A DNA stretch of 64,000 nt from a virus (Duplodnaviria; Caudoviricetes): IMG/VR virus record IMGVR_UViG_3300025909_000005. The stretch is one strand, 5' to 3'. Shown one piece after another: positions 1 through 8,886 of the stretch (position 1 is the first letter of the stretch; each line of letters opens with the position of its first letter). A program made the position numbers and the translations under genes. The notes beneath the pieces were generated by a model. That model was not told the origin of the DNA and did not search any database. It saw only the letters and a program-made list of their open reading frames with translations.

Positions 1-49
1 GACATGCCGTACTCGGGAGTCACCGTGAAGTTCTTCTATAGGACGTGAC

Positions 50-412
50 ATGAGCGCCATCGAGAACATGAAGAAGGTCAAGCTGTCCGATGCGGACATC
101 AAGACGATCCTCCGCAACGCGGAGCTCAAGGCCGCCGAGGCCACGCGCAACTACATCCAGCAGTACGGCGAACACCCGTTCAACTGCGGCTTCGCGTGGG
201 TCAAGATTCGCCCCGCTCGTGGTCAGTTCATCAAGGTGATGAAGGAGATCAAGATGGGCAAGACCGACGACTTCGAAGGCGGCTACACGATCTGGAACCC
301 CTCGGGCCATCCCACGCAGGACATGAGCGCGAAAGAAGCTGGCGCCAAGGTCTTCGCAGAAATTCTCCGCTCGTACGGCCTGAAGGTTTCTGCCTTCTCT
401 CGACTGGACTGA
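50..412 (+). CDS. hypothetical phage protein
   Basis: 120-aa ORF with RBS-like GGA upstream and genome-typical codon bias. Confidence 0.8.
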   Translation: MSAIENMKKVKLSDADIKTILRNAELKAAEATRNYIQQYGEHPFNCGFAWVKIRPARGQFIKVMKEIKMGKTDDFEGGYTIWNPSGHPTQDMSAKEAGAKVFAEILRSYGLKVSAFSRLD

Positions 413-414
413 TC

Positions 415-795
415 ATGCCAACGTACAAAATCAACCTACTCGGTGGCCGCGACCTGAACGCCGCAGTCATGCTCGCAATGGGTCTCAAGGTCGTGCGGCG
501 CGAGGACGGACTCCGTGTCATGGTCACCGACACCGAGGACGACATGGCGTTCGAGTGCTCGATCGTTCCTGACCCGTACTGCACGAACTGGGAATGGGCG
601 GGGCCCGTCCTCCATCGAGAACGCATCTCGCTCAACTACTCGGACCCCGAGGAAGAAGACCAGCTGTACGCTTGGGCGATCTGCGGCAACCACGAGTTCG
701 ATGACGCGAGTCCGCTCGTCGCTGGCATGCGCGCCTTCGTGGCACGTAAGGTCGGTCGAATCGAGAACTACGAATACGTGGTAGATCTTCCGTGA
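415..795 (+). CDS. NinX/DUF2591-like phage protein
   Basis: ATG at 415 just after the upstream stop; motifs YCTNWEWAGPVLHRERI and SPLVAGMRAFVARKVG resemble the family. Confidence 0.65.
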   Translation: MPTYKINLLGGRDLNAAVMLAMGLKVVRREDGLRVMVTDTEDDMAFECSIVPDPYCTNWEWAGPVLHRERISLNYSDPEEEDQLYAWAICGNHEFDDASPLVAGMRAFVARKVGRIENYEYVVDLP

Positions 796-848
796 AGTGG
801 GTGGTGATTGGCCTCACCATCGCAACTATTTTGTGGGTCTTTTGGGCC

Positions 849-872
849 TAAATACAGGTTCTGTGGTATAAT
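849..872 (+). promoter_or_regulatory. TAAATA late-type box plus CAGGTT and TATAAT -10 box
   Basis: TAAATA 849-854, CAGGTT 855-860, TATAAT 867-872, upstream of an AAGGAG RBS. Confidence 0.6.
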
Positions 873-898
873 GGATTCATACAACCAAGGAGCCTGTG

Positions 899-1024
899 AT
901 GAAGGACAACCGCAAGCGCTACGTCGACAAGTGGTACGAGGACTGCGGTGGCAAGCCGTACCGCTACAGCGGCCGTCGCAAGCTCCGCCACTTCGAACGC
1001 GATCTCCGCAAGCTGGGGGTCTGA
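899..1024 (+). CDS. small basic hypothetical protein (41 aa)
   Basis: MKDNRKRYVDKW... after AAGGAG RBS and promoter. Confidence 0.6.
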   Translation: MKDNRKRYVDKWYEDCGGKPYRYSGRRKLRHFERDLRKLGV

Positions 1025-1099
1025 CATGGCGAAGAAGCAAGAACAACCGATGTGGCCCTGGCCCCCGAAGAACTGGAAGCCGAAGAAAAAGGGAAAGTG

Positions 1100-2359
1100 A
1101 TGGAATTTTTCGAAGAGTTTTTGGAGCGCGTCAAGTGGACGCCGCGCTGGCAGGTGATGGTGAACACCGTCGAGGCCTCGCCGTGGCACCGTGAGGCCAA
1201 CGTGGCCGTTCACACGGAGATGACGATCGCCCACTACAACAAGACGTTCGCCCACGCCCGTACGGCGCGTCAGAACACGTTCACGCGAATGTGCCTGCTG
1301 TTCCACGACTTCGGCAAGCCGGAGGCGGAGGAAACGCTGGAGAAGAAGGAAGAGCCGGGCGTGTTCTACCGTCGTTACGCCGGCCATGAGCCGATCTCGG
1401 CGAACGAGTTCATGTCGTTCATGTGCGATCACCACTCGCTGCGTGAGCTGTTCTTCAAGGAAGGCTTCTCGTGGGTTGACCTGCGCGCCATCAAGGTGGC
1501 GATCGAGCACCACCTGCCGTACGGCCTGAAGAAGGAAGACAAGCGCATCGCGCTGCGCTCCCACATCGCTCACTCGCTGGGCGAGTTCGACGACTGCTAC
1601 TTCGACATGCTGCGTTCCGACGCGGCAGGTCGCATCTCTGACGACATGCCGACGAAGCTGCAGAACGTCGAGGACTGGATCGCGGAGTTCGCCCCGCTGC
1701 CGGTTCTGCCGATCAATCCGCGCGAGCGCTTCGACAAGCTGCGCCACGTGAAGGGTTCGCTGAAGGCGATCAAGAAGCCGGGCGAGGAAGTGCAGCTGAT
1801 CCTGAATGGTCACGAGCGACGTCAGCCGGTGCTGGTGGTTCCGGTCGGTATCACGGGCGCTGGCAAGTCCACGTGGATCAAGAAGCTGATGAACGATCAG
1901 CCGAACCGCTTCGTCGTGTACGAGGAAGACGTGCTGCGCGTGGTGTACGCCATGGAGAACTTCAACGAGGTCGACTGGCAGGCGTGGGAGAACATGTCCA
2001 TCAAGGAGCGGTACGACGTTGCTTGGAAGTTCTGCCACCTGGACCCGCGCTCGAAGTTCGACGCGTACGCGAAGGCCGATTTCATCGCCGCGCTGGGGTC
2101 GGGCAAGGATGTCATCGTTGACAAGATGAATCAGGGTCGCAAGGCTCGGACGAAGCTGATCAACGAGGCGAAGCAGCGCGGCTTCATGGTGACGTCGGTC
2201 GAGTTCTTCATCTCCGAGAGCGAGGCCAAGCGGCGTCAGCGGTCGCGTGGTGACAAGGCGGTTCCTGACTACCGAGTTCACCAGATCGCGATGCAGCTGG
2301 AGACGCCGTGGGTCGGCTCTGAGGTGGACGAGTTCGAGATCATTCCGCTGGACAAGTGA
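1100..2359 (+). CDS. HD phosphoesterase / P-loop polynucleotide kinase fusion (HD-Pnk-like)
   Basis: HTEM...LLFHDFGKP HD motif; C-terminal GITGAGKST P-loop and IVDKMN; ATG 1100 overlaps the upstream TGA. Confidence 0.8.
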   Translation: MEFFEEFLERVKWTPRWQVMVNTVEASPWHREANVAVHTEMTIAHYNKTFAHARTARQNTFTRMCLLFHDFGKPEAEETLEKKEEPGVFYRRYAGHEPISANEFMSFMCDHHSLRELFFKEGFSWVDLRAIKVAIEHHLPYGLKKEDKRIALRSHIAHSLGEFDDCYFDMLRSDAAGRISDDMPTKLQNVEDWIAEFAPLPVLPINPRERFDKLRHVKGSLKAIKKPGEEVQLILNGHERRQPVLVVPVGITGAGKSTWIKKLMNDQPNRFVVYEEDVLRVVYAMENFNEVDWQAWENMSIKERYDVAWKFCHLDPRSKFDAYAKADFIAALGSGKDVIVDKMNQGRKARTKLINEAKQRGFMVTSVEFFISESEAKRRQRSRGDKAVPDYRVHQIAMQLETPWVGSEVDEFEIIPLDK

Positions 2360-2366
2360 GGACAAG

Positions 2367-2618
2367 ATGACAACCTTCGCAGAAGCAATGGTGATGACGG
2401 ACGAACAGCTGAACAAGCTGGGGGACCGTCACCTCCTCGCCCTGTTCCGCCAGTCCCGCTCGTTTGACTACGACCGTGATTGGAAGGACGGGGAAATTGT
2501 CGAGTCCGACTATGACAAGTTCAACAGGCGAGTCAAGGCAATCCTCGCCACGCGGCCGCACGTCGAGAAGAAACCGAAGGCGCCAGTACGCCGCGAAAAG
2601 AAGAAGCTCAAGTACTAA
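2367..2618 (+). CDS. hypothetical protein
   Basis: ATG 2367 after GAGG RBS; followed by a terminator. Confidence 0.7.
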   Translation: MTTFAEAMVMTDEQLNKLGDRHLLALFRQSRSFDYDRDWKDGEIVESDYDKFNRRVKAILATRPHVEKKPKAPVRREKKKLKY

Positions 2619-2637
2619 TCCTCCTTCGACATTCTTC

Positions 2638-2658
2638 AAGGGCCTTCGGGCCCTTTTT
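2638..2658 (+). terminator. rho-independent terminator
   Basis: AAGGGCC-TTCG-GGCCCTT followed by a T-run. Confidence 0.85.
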
Positions 2659-2784
2659 CTTGCCTGGTCCTGCCGAAACTAGATGCTTGACCTTAAGTCA
2701 GGTCGAGTTCTAGTGGCTCAATGTTACAATCATTATTCCGGTTAAGTACACTTAACTGCGTAGGTTGCAAGCACGGGGAAACCC

Positions 2785-2792
2785 TATAAATA
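2785..2792 (+). promoter_or_regulatory. T4-type late promoter TATAAATA
   Basis: exact T4 late consensus upstream of the SSB gene. Confidence 0.65.
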
Positions 2793-2853
2793 CCACGCTG
2801 CCAAAAGAGAGCAGCGCTTTGCAATCATTTGTAACTTTGAAAGGTTTTAGACC

Positions 2854-3774
2854 ATGGCCAAGAAAAATCTCGCTGACATCGCAGCAGCATTCGCATCGAA
2901 GACCTCCGGTGAATCGAGCGGCAACCAAACGTGGAAGCTGTTCTTCAACTTCTGGAAGGCGCCTGTGGATAGCGTTTCCGTTATCCGCTTTCTCCCTGAC
3001 GCAGACGAGGACAACTCACTGGGCTTCCTGGTGGAAAACCTGGCGCACGAGCTCACCATCAACGGTAAGCGCGAGAAGGTCCCTTGCCTGAAGATGTACG
3101 GCGAAGACTGCCCAATCTGCGCACTGTCCCAGAAGTACTACGACGAGAAGTCGCCAGACCACAATCAGGCTCTGGGCAAGAAGTACTACCGCAAGAAGAG
3201 CTACATCGGCCAAGCGCTGGTGATCGACACCCCGATCGAGCACGATCAAGAGCAGCTCGTGAAGCTGATCGAGTTCGGCCCGAAGATCTTCCAACAGATC
3301 AACTCGGCCTTCGGTTCGGGTGACCTCGAGGAAGCTCCGTTCGAGCTCAAGGGCGGTTACAACTTCCGCATCAAGAAGACCAAGTCGGGCGAGTACGCCG
3401 ACTACGGCACCTCGAGCTTCGCACCGAAGCAGACCGACGTCGCTGATGACGTCATCGAGGCCCTCAACCTGTACGACCTCAAGCAGTACCGTACGCCACG
3501 CGTCTCGCGTGAGGTCCTGGAAGCGATGCTTCTTGCTGACCAGACGGGCGCTGCTTACACGGACGCCAAGGAAGGTGAAGACAAGCCGGCACCAGCGCCA
3601 GCTCCTGTCTCGGCTCCGAAGGCCAAGGTCGCAGGTGATGAAGCTCCTGCACCAGCTCCGGCTCCTGCTGAAGCCACTGGCGAGAAGAAGCTCTCCGTCG
3701 TTGAACAGCTCCGCGCACGCGCTGCTGCCCAGAAGGCTGCTGAAGCCGCTGGTGAAGACGAGAAGCAGTACTGA
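2854..3774 (+). CDS. gp32: single-stranded DNA-binding protein, T4 gp32-like
   Basis: VIRFLP, H...C...CPIC Zn motif, KKYYRKKSY, GYNFRIK, YGTSSF; adjacent to uvsX. Confidence 0.9.
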   Translation: MAKKNLADIAAAFASKTSGESSGNQTWKLFFNFWKAPVDSVSVIRFLPDADEDNSLGFLVENLAHELTINGKREKVPCLKMYGEDCPICALSQKYYDEKSPDHNQALGKKYYRKKSYIGQALVIDTPIEHDQEQLVKLIEFGPKIFQQINSAFGSGDLEEAPFELKGGYNFRIKKTKSGEYADYGTSSFAPKQTDVADDVIEALNLYDLKQYRTPRVSREVLEAMLLADQTGAAYTDAKEGEDKPAPAPAPVSAPKAKVAGDEAPAPAPAPAEATGEKKLSVVEQLRARAAAQKAAEAAGEDEKQY

Positions 3775-3777
3775 TCG

Positions 3778-3800
3778 AAAGGGCCTTGTGCCCTTTCTCT
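3778..3800 (+). terminator. rho-independent terminator
   Basis: AAAGGGC-CTTGT-GCCCTTT. Confidence 0.7.
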
Positions 3801-3811
3801 AAGGAGCAACA

Positions 3812-3958
3812 ATGAAATTTTCCAAAGTGTATGGCAAGAATGCCCGCGGCAAGACGTATCCTGAGCAATCAACACGTCAAGCGCTGCGTGGTTCGCGCCG
3901 CGCTCAGGGCGGCCCCGGTATTACCGAAGGCCAGAACCCTGTAGCAAAGGAGGTTTGA
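3812..3958 (+). CDS. small hypothetical protein (48 aa)
   Basis: AAGGAG RBS; stop overlaps the uvsX ATG. Confidence 0.6.
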   Translation: MKFSKVYGKNARGKTYPEQSTRQALRGSRRAQGGPGITEGQNPVAKEV

Positions 3959-5040
3959 TGGCACTCAAGTTCCTCAAAGACTTCAAGAAGGCTGTTGCTA
4001 AGCTCGACTCAGTCGGCGTTGGCATCAAGACCGTCGAAGAGTGGCTGAGCACGGGCAACTACGCCCTGAACCGCGCACTCTCCGGCGACTACCTCAAGGG
4101 CGTTCCCCTCGGTCGCATCACGCTCTTCGCTGGTCCATCTGGATCAGGCAAGTCGTTCATCGCCTCGAACATCGCGCTTCAAGCACAGAAGCAGGGTTAC
4201 CACATCCTGTTCCTGGACTCTGAGCACGCCATCGACGTTGACTACCTGCAGAAGATCGGTGTTGACGTGTCCGAAGAAGCTCTCACGTACCTCTCGGTCG
4301 CCACGATCGAAGACGTGAACGGCATCCTGTCCGAGTACTTCACTGGCTACCAGAAGGAGTACGGCAAGGACAACATGGACGCTCAGAAGACGCTCATCGT
4401 CATCGACTCGCTCGCCATGCTCTCGTCCTCCACCGAAATGGAGAACTACGACAAGGGCGTCATCAAGGGTGACCAAGGTCAGCTCGCAAAGCGCCGCAAG
4501 GCCATGCTGCGACTGGCAGTGGGCAAGCTCGGTCGTCTGCCGATCAAGCTCCTCATCACCGACCACGTGTATCCTCAGGACATCATGATGGGCGACGGTG
4601 CATGGGCCATCACGAACTCCACCAAGTTCTCCTCCTCGATCATCGGCATCATCACGAAGCTGAAGCTCAAGGAAGAAGGCGAGGTCACTGGTGTTCGCAT
4701 GCGCTTCGAGACTTACAAGTCTCGCTTCGCAAAGCTTGGCACGAAGGTCGAGCTCGAGGTTCCGTACAATCGAGGCATGTCCTCGACGTCGGGTCTGCTC
4801 GAGTTGCTGGAAGCCGATGGCGTCATCAAGAAGGGCACACAGCCTGGTGAGAAGCTGATGTGGGTCGCTGAAGTGAATGGCGAACACATCAAGTTCAAGG
4901 AGAAGGACTTCAACGATGAGATCGCGTTGAAGCTGCTGAAGCATCCTGCCTGCAAGCCAATGCTCGCGCGTGGCGAACCCGAAGTCGATCTTGAAGCACT
5001 CGACGATGTTGTCGACCAAGACGAAAAGGAAATGGCATGA
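3958..5040 (+). CDS. uvsX: RecA-like recombinase UvsX
   Basis: STGNYALNRALSG, Walker A GPSGSGKS, FLDSEHA, Walker B IVIDSLA. Confidence 0.92.
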   Translation: MALKFLKDFKKAVAKLDSVGVGIKTVEEWLSTGNYALNRALSGDYLKGVPLGRITLFAGPSGSGKSFIASNIALQAQKQGYHILFLDSEHAIDVDYLQKIGVDVSEEALTYLSVATIEDVNGILSEYFTGYQKEYGKDNMDAQKTLIVIDSLAMLSSSTEMENYDKGVIKGDQGQLAKRRKAMLRLAVGKLGRLPIKLLITDHVYPQDIMMGDGAWAITNSTKFSSSIIGIITKLKLKEEGEVTGVRMRFETYKSRFAKLGTKVELEVPYNRGMSSTSGLLELLEADGVIKKGTQPGEKLMWVAEVNGEHIKFKEKDFNDEIALKLLKHPACKPMLARGEPEVDLEALDDVVDQDEKEMA

Positions 5041-5258
5041 CCGAATCCAAAATCACCATCCAGCTGGTACACGGCGGCTTCGTGCTGACGACGCCTGACG
5101 ACGGTGGCCTCAGCAAGTTTGGCGTTGAACCGACAGCCAAGGCAGGGCTGAAGACGGAAGTCTTCACCTCTCAAGGCAAGCTGATGAAGGCACTGCGTCA
5201 AGCGATTGACGAAAACAGCCTGCTCGTGAAGAGCAAGGCAGCCGACTCGGAAGAGTAA
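5037..5258 (+). CDS. hypothetical protein
   Basis: ATGA overlap with uvsX; followed by a hairpin. Confidence 0.7.
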   Translation: MTESKITIQLVHGGFVLTTPDDGGLSKFGVEPTAKAGLKTEVFTSQGKLMKALRQAIDENSLLVKSKAADSEE

Positions 5259-5262
5259 TCCA

Positions 5263-5287
5263 AGAGGGGCCTCGCGCCCCTCTCTTT
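5263..5287 (+). terminator. probable terminator
   Basis: AGAGGGGC-CTCGC-GCCCCTCT then CTTT. Confidence 0.6.
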
Positions 5288-5289
5288 CC

Positions 5290-5556
5290 ATGAACATCAC
5301 TCTATCTGCTAGGTCCAAGATCCTTACGCTCTTGGATGATGGCAAGGCATTTCGCATCCAGGCTTCTGGCAGCGGATCCGCTGGCGCACACGTGGACCTG
5401 ATTCCTAACGAGAGTGTAACAGCTCAAGATAGTACAATATCAACTGTGCCGCTGGTTATTGCCGACATCACGACAGTCACTCTTCTAGCTGGTCAGTCTG
5501 TAGACTTTGACTACCTCACTGGAGAGTTCATCATTTCAAATCGAGGACAAGAATAA
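5290..5556 (+). CDS. IscA/HesB-like protein lacking the Fe-S cysteines
   Basis: aligns by eye with A-type carriers (ITLSA, FRI..SGSGSAG, VIAD...LLAG..VDF, EFIISN); contains no Cys. Confidence 0.55.
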   Translation: MNITLSARSKILTLLDDGKAFRIQASGSGSAGAHVDLIPNESVTAQDSTISTVPLVIADITTVTLLAGQSVDFDYLTGEFIISNRGQE

Positions 5557-5759
5557 TGGCAAAGCCAACGTTCGCAATTTCTCTCACCTTCGTCACCAAG
5601 GCGAAGGACTACGACGCAGCGCATGAGCTGGCCGAGCGCATCGGCAGCTATGTGGTTGCCGACAAGATGGCATCCGAGTTCAGCACGATTGACGTCGAAC
5701 TCATCGATGAAGATGAGGACTCAATCGAGGAACTCAACTTCGACGGAGATGACGAGTGA
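5556..5759 (+). CDS. acidic hypothetical protein
   Basis: 67-aa ORF coupled to both neighbours. Confidence 0.7.
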   Translation: MAKPTFAISLTFVTKAKDYDAAHELAERIGSYVVADKMASEFSTIDVELIDEDEDSIEELNFDGDDE

Positions 5760-6217
5760 GCTTTCTCCTCACGCTTGAAGAGGACAAGCTGGGAGACCAA
5801 CTCCCGGCTATCTTCGAGAACTATGAACGGCACGTCAAGAATGCCGAGCCTCTCTTCGAGCTGGAAGGAATGCACCTCGAGGTTGTCATGCGCAACCTCC
5901 CCTACCACCAGCGCGAGTACTCGCTGCGTGCTGCTGAGATGAAGCAAGTTGTCAAGTGGCTTGAGAACTACAAGAACAAGATCGAGTCGCGTCTGACAAA
6001 GAACTACGCGCAAGGACAGCGAGCCCTTCCTGCTCGAGAGGCCACCACCTACATCAACGGTGAGAAGGACATGGTCGAACTCAATCAACTGATCATTGAG
6101 GCGACCCTCATTTACCAAAACCTAGACGACATTGTCGAGTGCTTCAAGCAGATGGGCTGGATGTGCGGCAACATCACGAAGCTTCGAGTCGCCGAACTAC
6201 AGGACGTAGAACTATGA
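5756..6217 (+). CDS. uvsY: recombination mediator UvsY-like
   Basis: helical 153 aa ending FKQMGWMCGNITKLRVAEL; located between uvsX and uvsW. Confidence 0.75.
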   Translation: MSFLLTLEEDKLGDQLPAIFENYERHVKNAEPLFELEGMHLEVVMRNLPYHQREYSLRAAEMKQVVKWLENYKNKIESRLTKNYAQGQRALPAREATTYINGEKDMVELNQLIIEATLIYQNLDDIVECFKQMGWMCGNITKLRVAELQDVEL

Positions 6218-7011
6218 CAGACCAAGACATCATCAACCTCATCGACTCCAAGGTTCAAAAGATGGAGACCGAATTCAGTCAAGGCATTGACCAGCTCGTC
6301 AATGACATTGACACGTGCTTGACCGAGCATCTTACCAATGTGGTCCACAGCGTAGATGGCAAGACAGGTCACATCTCACTGGGGTCGGACTACCTCTCGC
6401 TGTCAGGTGGCACGATGACTGGAAACCTCAACGTGGCTGGTGACGTCAACGTCAGCGGCGGCGTCACCCTCTTCGCGCCCGTTATCTCACAAGCAAGCGG
6501 CACAGTTTGGCCGCAGAACTCTTCAACAGCTGGACAAACGAATGGGCCTACCGCTGGCCCGACAACTGGTCCGCTGCCAGGCAACTCGATCCCTCCGATT
6601 CATGGTGGATACCCAGCGGTGGGCACCGTCGTCTCAGGTGGCAGCATCGGCATCGGCTCAGTGAACACTACTGTTGCAGCAGCCGCCGCCGGTGCCATGT
6701 ACCCGCCAGCCGGCTACTCCAACACCATGACGGTGACGAGTTCAATCTACGTGGGTGACGATGAGCTCATGGAGGAAGACGTGGCCTACTCCATGGACCC
6801 AGAGCTTCCACCTCTCGTCATCGACTCCATGACCGAAGACGGTACCCGCATCGACCTCGTCCTGACTCCGGACTACAGCGCTCCTGCCATGGATCTTTTC
6901 AAGATCATGGTCGCAGTTGCCAGCTACGCGGACCAGTCGTCGTTCAACTTCTACCTGTACGTCAAGAAGCACAACCTTGAGCGTCACTTCAAGTTCGAAG
7001 AGGTGCTGTGA
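6214..7011 (+). CDS. hypothetical protein with a tail-fibre-like LSLSGGTMTGNL motif
   Basis: ATG 6214 overlaps the uvsY stop; central G/T/P-rich low-complexity segment. Confidence 0.7.
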   Translation: MTDQDIINLIDSKVQKMETEFSQGIDQLVNDIDTCLTEHLTNVVHSVDGKTGHISLGSDYLSLSGGTMTGNLNVAGDVNVSGGVTLFAPVISQASGTVWPQNSSTAGQTNGPTAGPTTGPLPGNSIPPIHGGYPAVGTVVSGGSIGIGSVNTTVAAAAAGAMYPPAGYSNTMTVTSSIYVGDDELMEEDVAYSMDPELPPLVIDSMTEDGTRIDLVLTPDYSAPAMDLFKIMVAVASYADQSSFNFYLYVKKHNLERHFKFEEVL

Positions 7012-8426
7012 GCAAGGTCTGCAACATCACCGTTCGCGACGAGGTCTTCTGTAACGTCTTGGGGCTCACGCCCCCTGACGCCCAGTTCCTGAGCAACAAG
7101 TTCGCCTTGATGGTGGAGGGGGCGTTCTTCATGCCCCTCTACAAGCTCGGCCGCTGGGATGGGAAGGTGCGCTTCTTCGAGGAGAAGACAGGCAAGATCT
7201 ACCACCGCCTGCTCGATGATGTTGTGCCGTACTTGGAATCCTGGGGCTACGACATCAACCTCGTGGACACCCGAGCCCCAGTGAAGCAGATCACGGAGCG
7301 AATGGACAAGGACTGGTTCATCCGCAAACAACCTGAGATGGCGCTGCGAGTTGAGCTTCGCGACTACCAGGTAGAGGCAGTGAACTGCTGCCTGAACGCG
7401 CAGTCCGGCTTCGTGCTTGCTGCCACGGGTTCAGGCAAGACCTGGATGGTCGCGGCCCTGTGCGACATCATGAACCGCGCCGACATCAAGACCCTCGTGA
7501 TCGTTCCGTCTGATGACCTCGTGGTCCAGACTGCTGCGACCCTTCGCCTTGGTCTGCTCGACGTTGGCATCTACTCAGGTTCGACGAAGGACATCTACCA
7601 CGAGACGGTCATCGCCACGTGGCAGGCGCTGCAGAACAACCCATCGCTGATGAACGAGTTCAAGTGCGTCATCGTCGATGAGGCCCACGGTGCCAAGGCC
7701 AAGGTTGTTGGTGACCTCATCAACGTCCACGGCAAGGCCATCGCCTACCGCTTCGGCTTCACTGGCACCATGCCGAAGCCGGAAATCGACAAGATGACGT
7801 TGAAAGGATCCATCGGTGAAACACTCTTCTCGATCACAGCAGCCGAGCTCATGGAACGCGGGTACCTCGCGCAACTTGAGATTGAACCAGTGGAGATTGA
7901 AGACGACGTCGACGAAGAGTTCCCTGATTACTCGTCTGAGAAGGCCTTCCTCAACCGCTCCCCAGACCGCCTTGACTTCCTCGCTGACCTCATCATCGCG
8001 AAGGCAGCCCAGTACGGAAATACTCTGGTCCTGGTCAACTCGGTCAAGCAAGGCAAGGAGCTCCAGAAGCTCATCAAGGACTCCGTCTTCCTTTACGGCG
8101 CGGATGACACGGATGTTCGGGCTGAATGGTACTCCATGTTTGAGAAGCGTGATGACCTCATTGTTATCGCTACCTTCGGCATTGCTTCAACAGGTATCTC
8201 GATCGATCGAATCTTCTGTGAAATCATGATCGATGCCGGCAAGGCGTTTATCCGCTGCATCCAGTCGATCGGTCGCGGCCTGCGTAAGGGCCATGACAAG
8301 GAACGCGTGCACCTCGTCGACGTGCACTCCAAGCTCAAGTGGAGCAAGAAGCACTTCCGCGAGCGCAACAAGTACTACAAGGAGGCAAAGTACCCAGTGT
8401 CAAAGCTGGTGAAGTACAAGCTATGA
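7008..8426 (+). CDS. uvsW: SF2 DNA helicase UvsW
   Basis: LRDYQVEAV, ATGSGKT, IVDEAH, GFTGT, QSIGRGLR. Confidence 0.93.
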   Translation: MSKVCNITVRDEVFCNVLGLTPPDAQFLSNKFALMVEGAFFMPLYKLGRWDGKVRFFEEKTGKIYHRLLDDVVPYLESWGYDINLVDTRAPVKQITERMDKDWFIRKQPEMALRVELRDYQVEAVNCCLNAQSGFVLAATGSGKTWMVAALCDIMNRADIKTLVIVPSDDLVVQTAATLRLGLLDVGIYSGSTKDIYHETVIATWQALQNNPSLMNEFKCVIVDEAHGAKAKVVGDLINVHGKAIAYRFGFTGTMPKPEIDKMTLKGSIGETLFSITAAELMERGYLAQLEIEPVEIEDDVDEEFPDYSSEKAFLNRSPDRLDFLADLIIAKAAQYGNTLVLVNSVKQGKELQKLIKDSVFLYGADDTDVRAEWYSMFEKRDDLIVIATFGIASTGISIDRIFCEIMIDAGKAFIRCIQSIGRGLRKGHDKERVHLVDVHSKLKWSKKHFRERNKYYKEAKYPVSKLVKYKL

Positions 8427-8605
8427 AGACACAACAAGAATACCTGACTGAAGACACCGAGTTCCTTGAGTCAATTGCTCGTCAGCTCAGCTACGACGCA
8501 AGCCGAGAAGAAGGCATTCGCAAGCACCGTCTCTACGAGATCGCCATGCGCATGCGCTCCAACTTCTACACGCCGGTCTACCGCCACCTGAGGAAGACAC
8601 CATGA
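8423..8605 (+). CDS. hypothetical protein
   Basis: ATGA-coupled small ORF MKTQQEYL... Confidence 0.55.
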   Translation: MKTQQEYLTEDTEFLESIARQLSYDASREEGIRKHRLYEIAMRMRSNFYTPVYRHLRKTP

Positions 8606-8865
8606 CCCCAGAAGAAATCGCGGTTGAGCTAGAGCGCCGCACCCTCGACAACTGGGGCAACATCATGGGTCTTGAGATCCTCCTGACGGCCCTCTTCATC
8701 AGTCATCCTGAGAAGGAGAAGCTCCAAGGAGTTCTGGCCGAGCTTGAGAAGGCGGCAGACCAGCTGATCAACCGAGAGGTCCTCATGATGGACAACGTCT
8801 CGCCCTACGCCGCGAAGGCCTTCGACGCGATGCACGGCGTCCTGTCTAAGTTCAAGAAGCTGTAA
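8602..8865 (+). CDS. hypothetical protein
   Basis: 87-aa ORF with typical codon bias. Confidence 0.65.
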   Translation: MTPEEIAVELERRTLDNWGNIMGLEILLTALFISHPEKEKLQGVLAELEKAADQLINREVLMMDNVSPYAAKAFDAMHGVLSKFKKL

Positions 8866-8886
8866 CAATCTTTGTTACAATCTACT

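Noticed and set aside
196-414. Upstream extension of the 196-795 ORF
   Set aside because: It overlaps the 50-412 gene out of frame; the ATG at 415 fits translational coupling
848-2416. Long reverse-strand ORFs mirroring real genes (also 4144-5019, 11704-12546, 12592-14112, 54033-55805, 62509-63150)
   Set aside because: They are antisense shadows caused by the strong C/G third-position bias of the + strand genes; they lack RBS, promoter boxes and protein motifs
3580-3680. PAPAPA repeats in the SSB and the GAT/GAC run at 56590-56615 as DNA repeat elements
   Set aside because: Explained as low-complexity protein linkers (Pro/Ala and poly-Asp)
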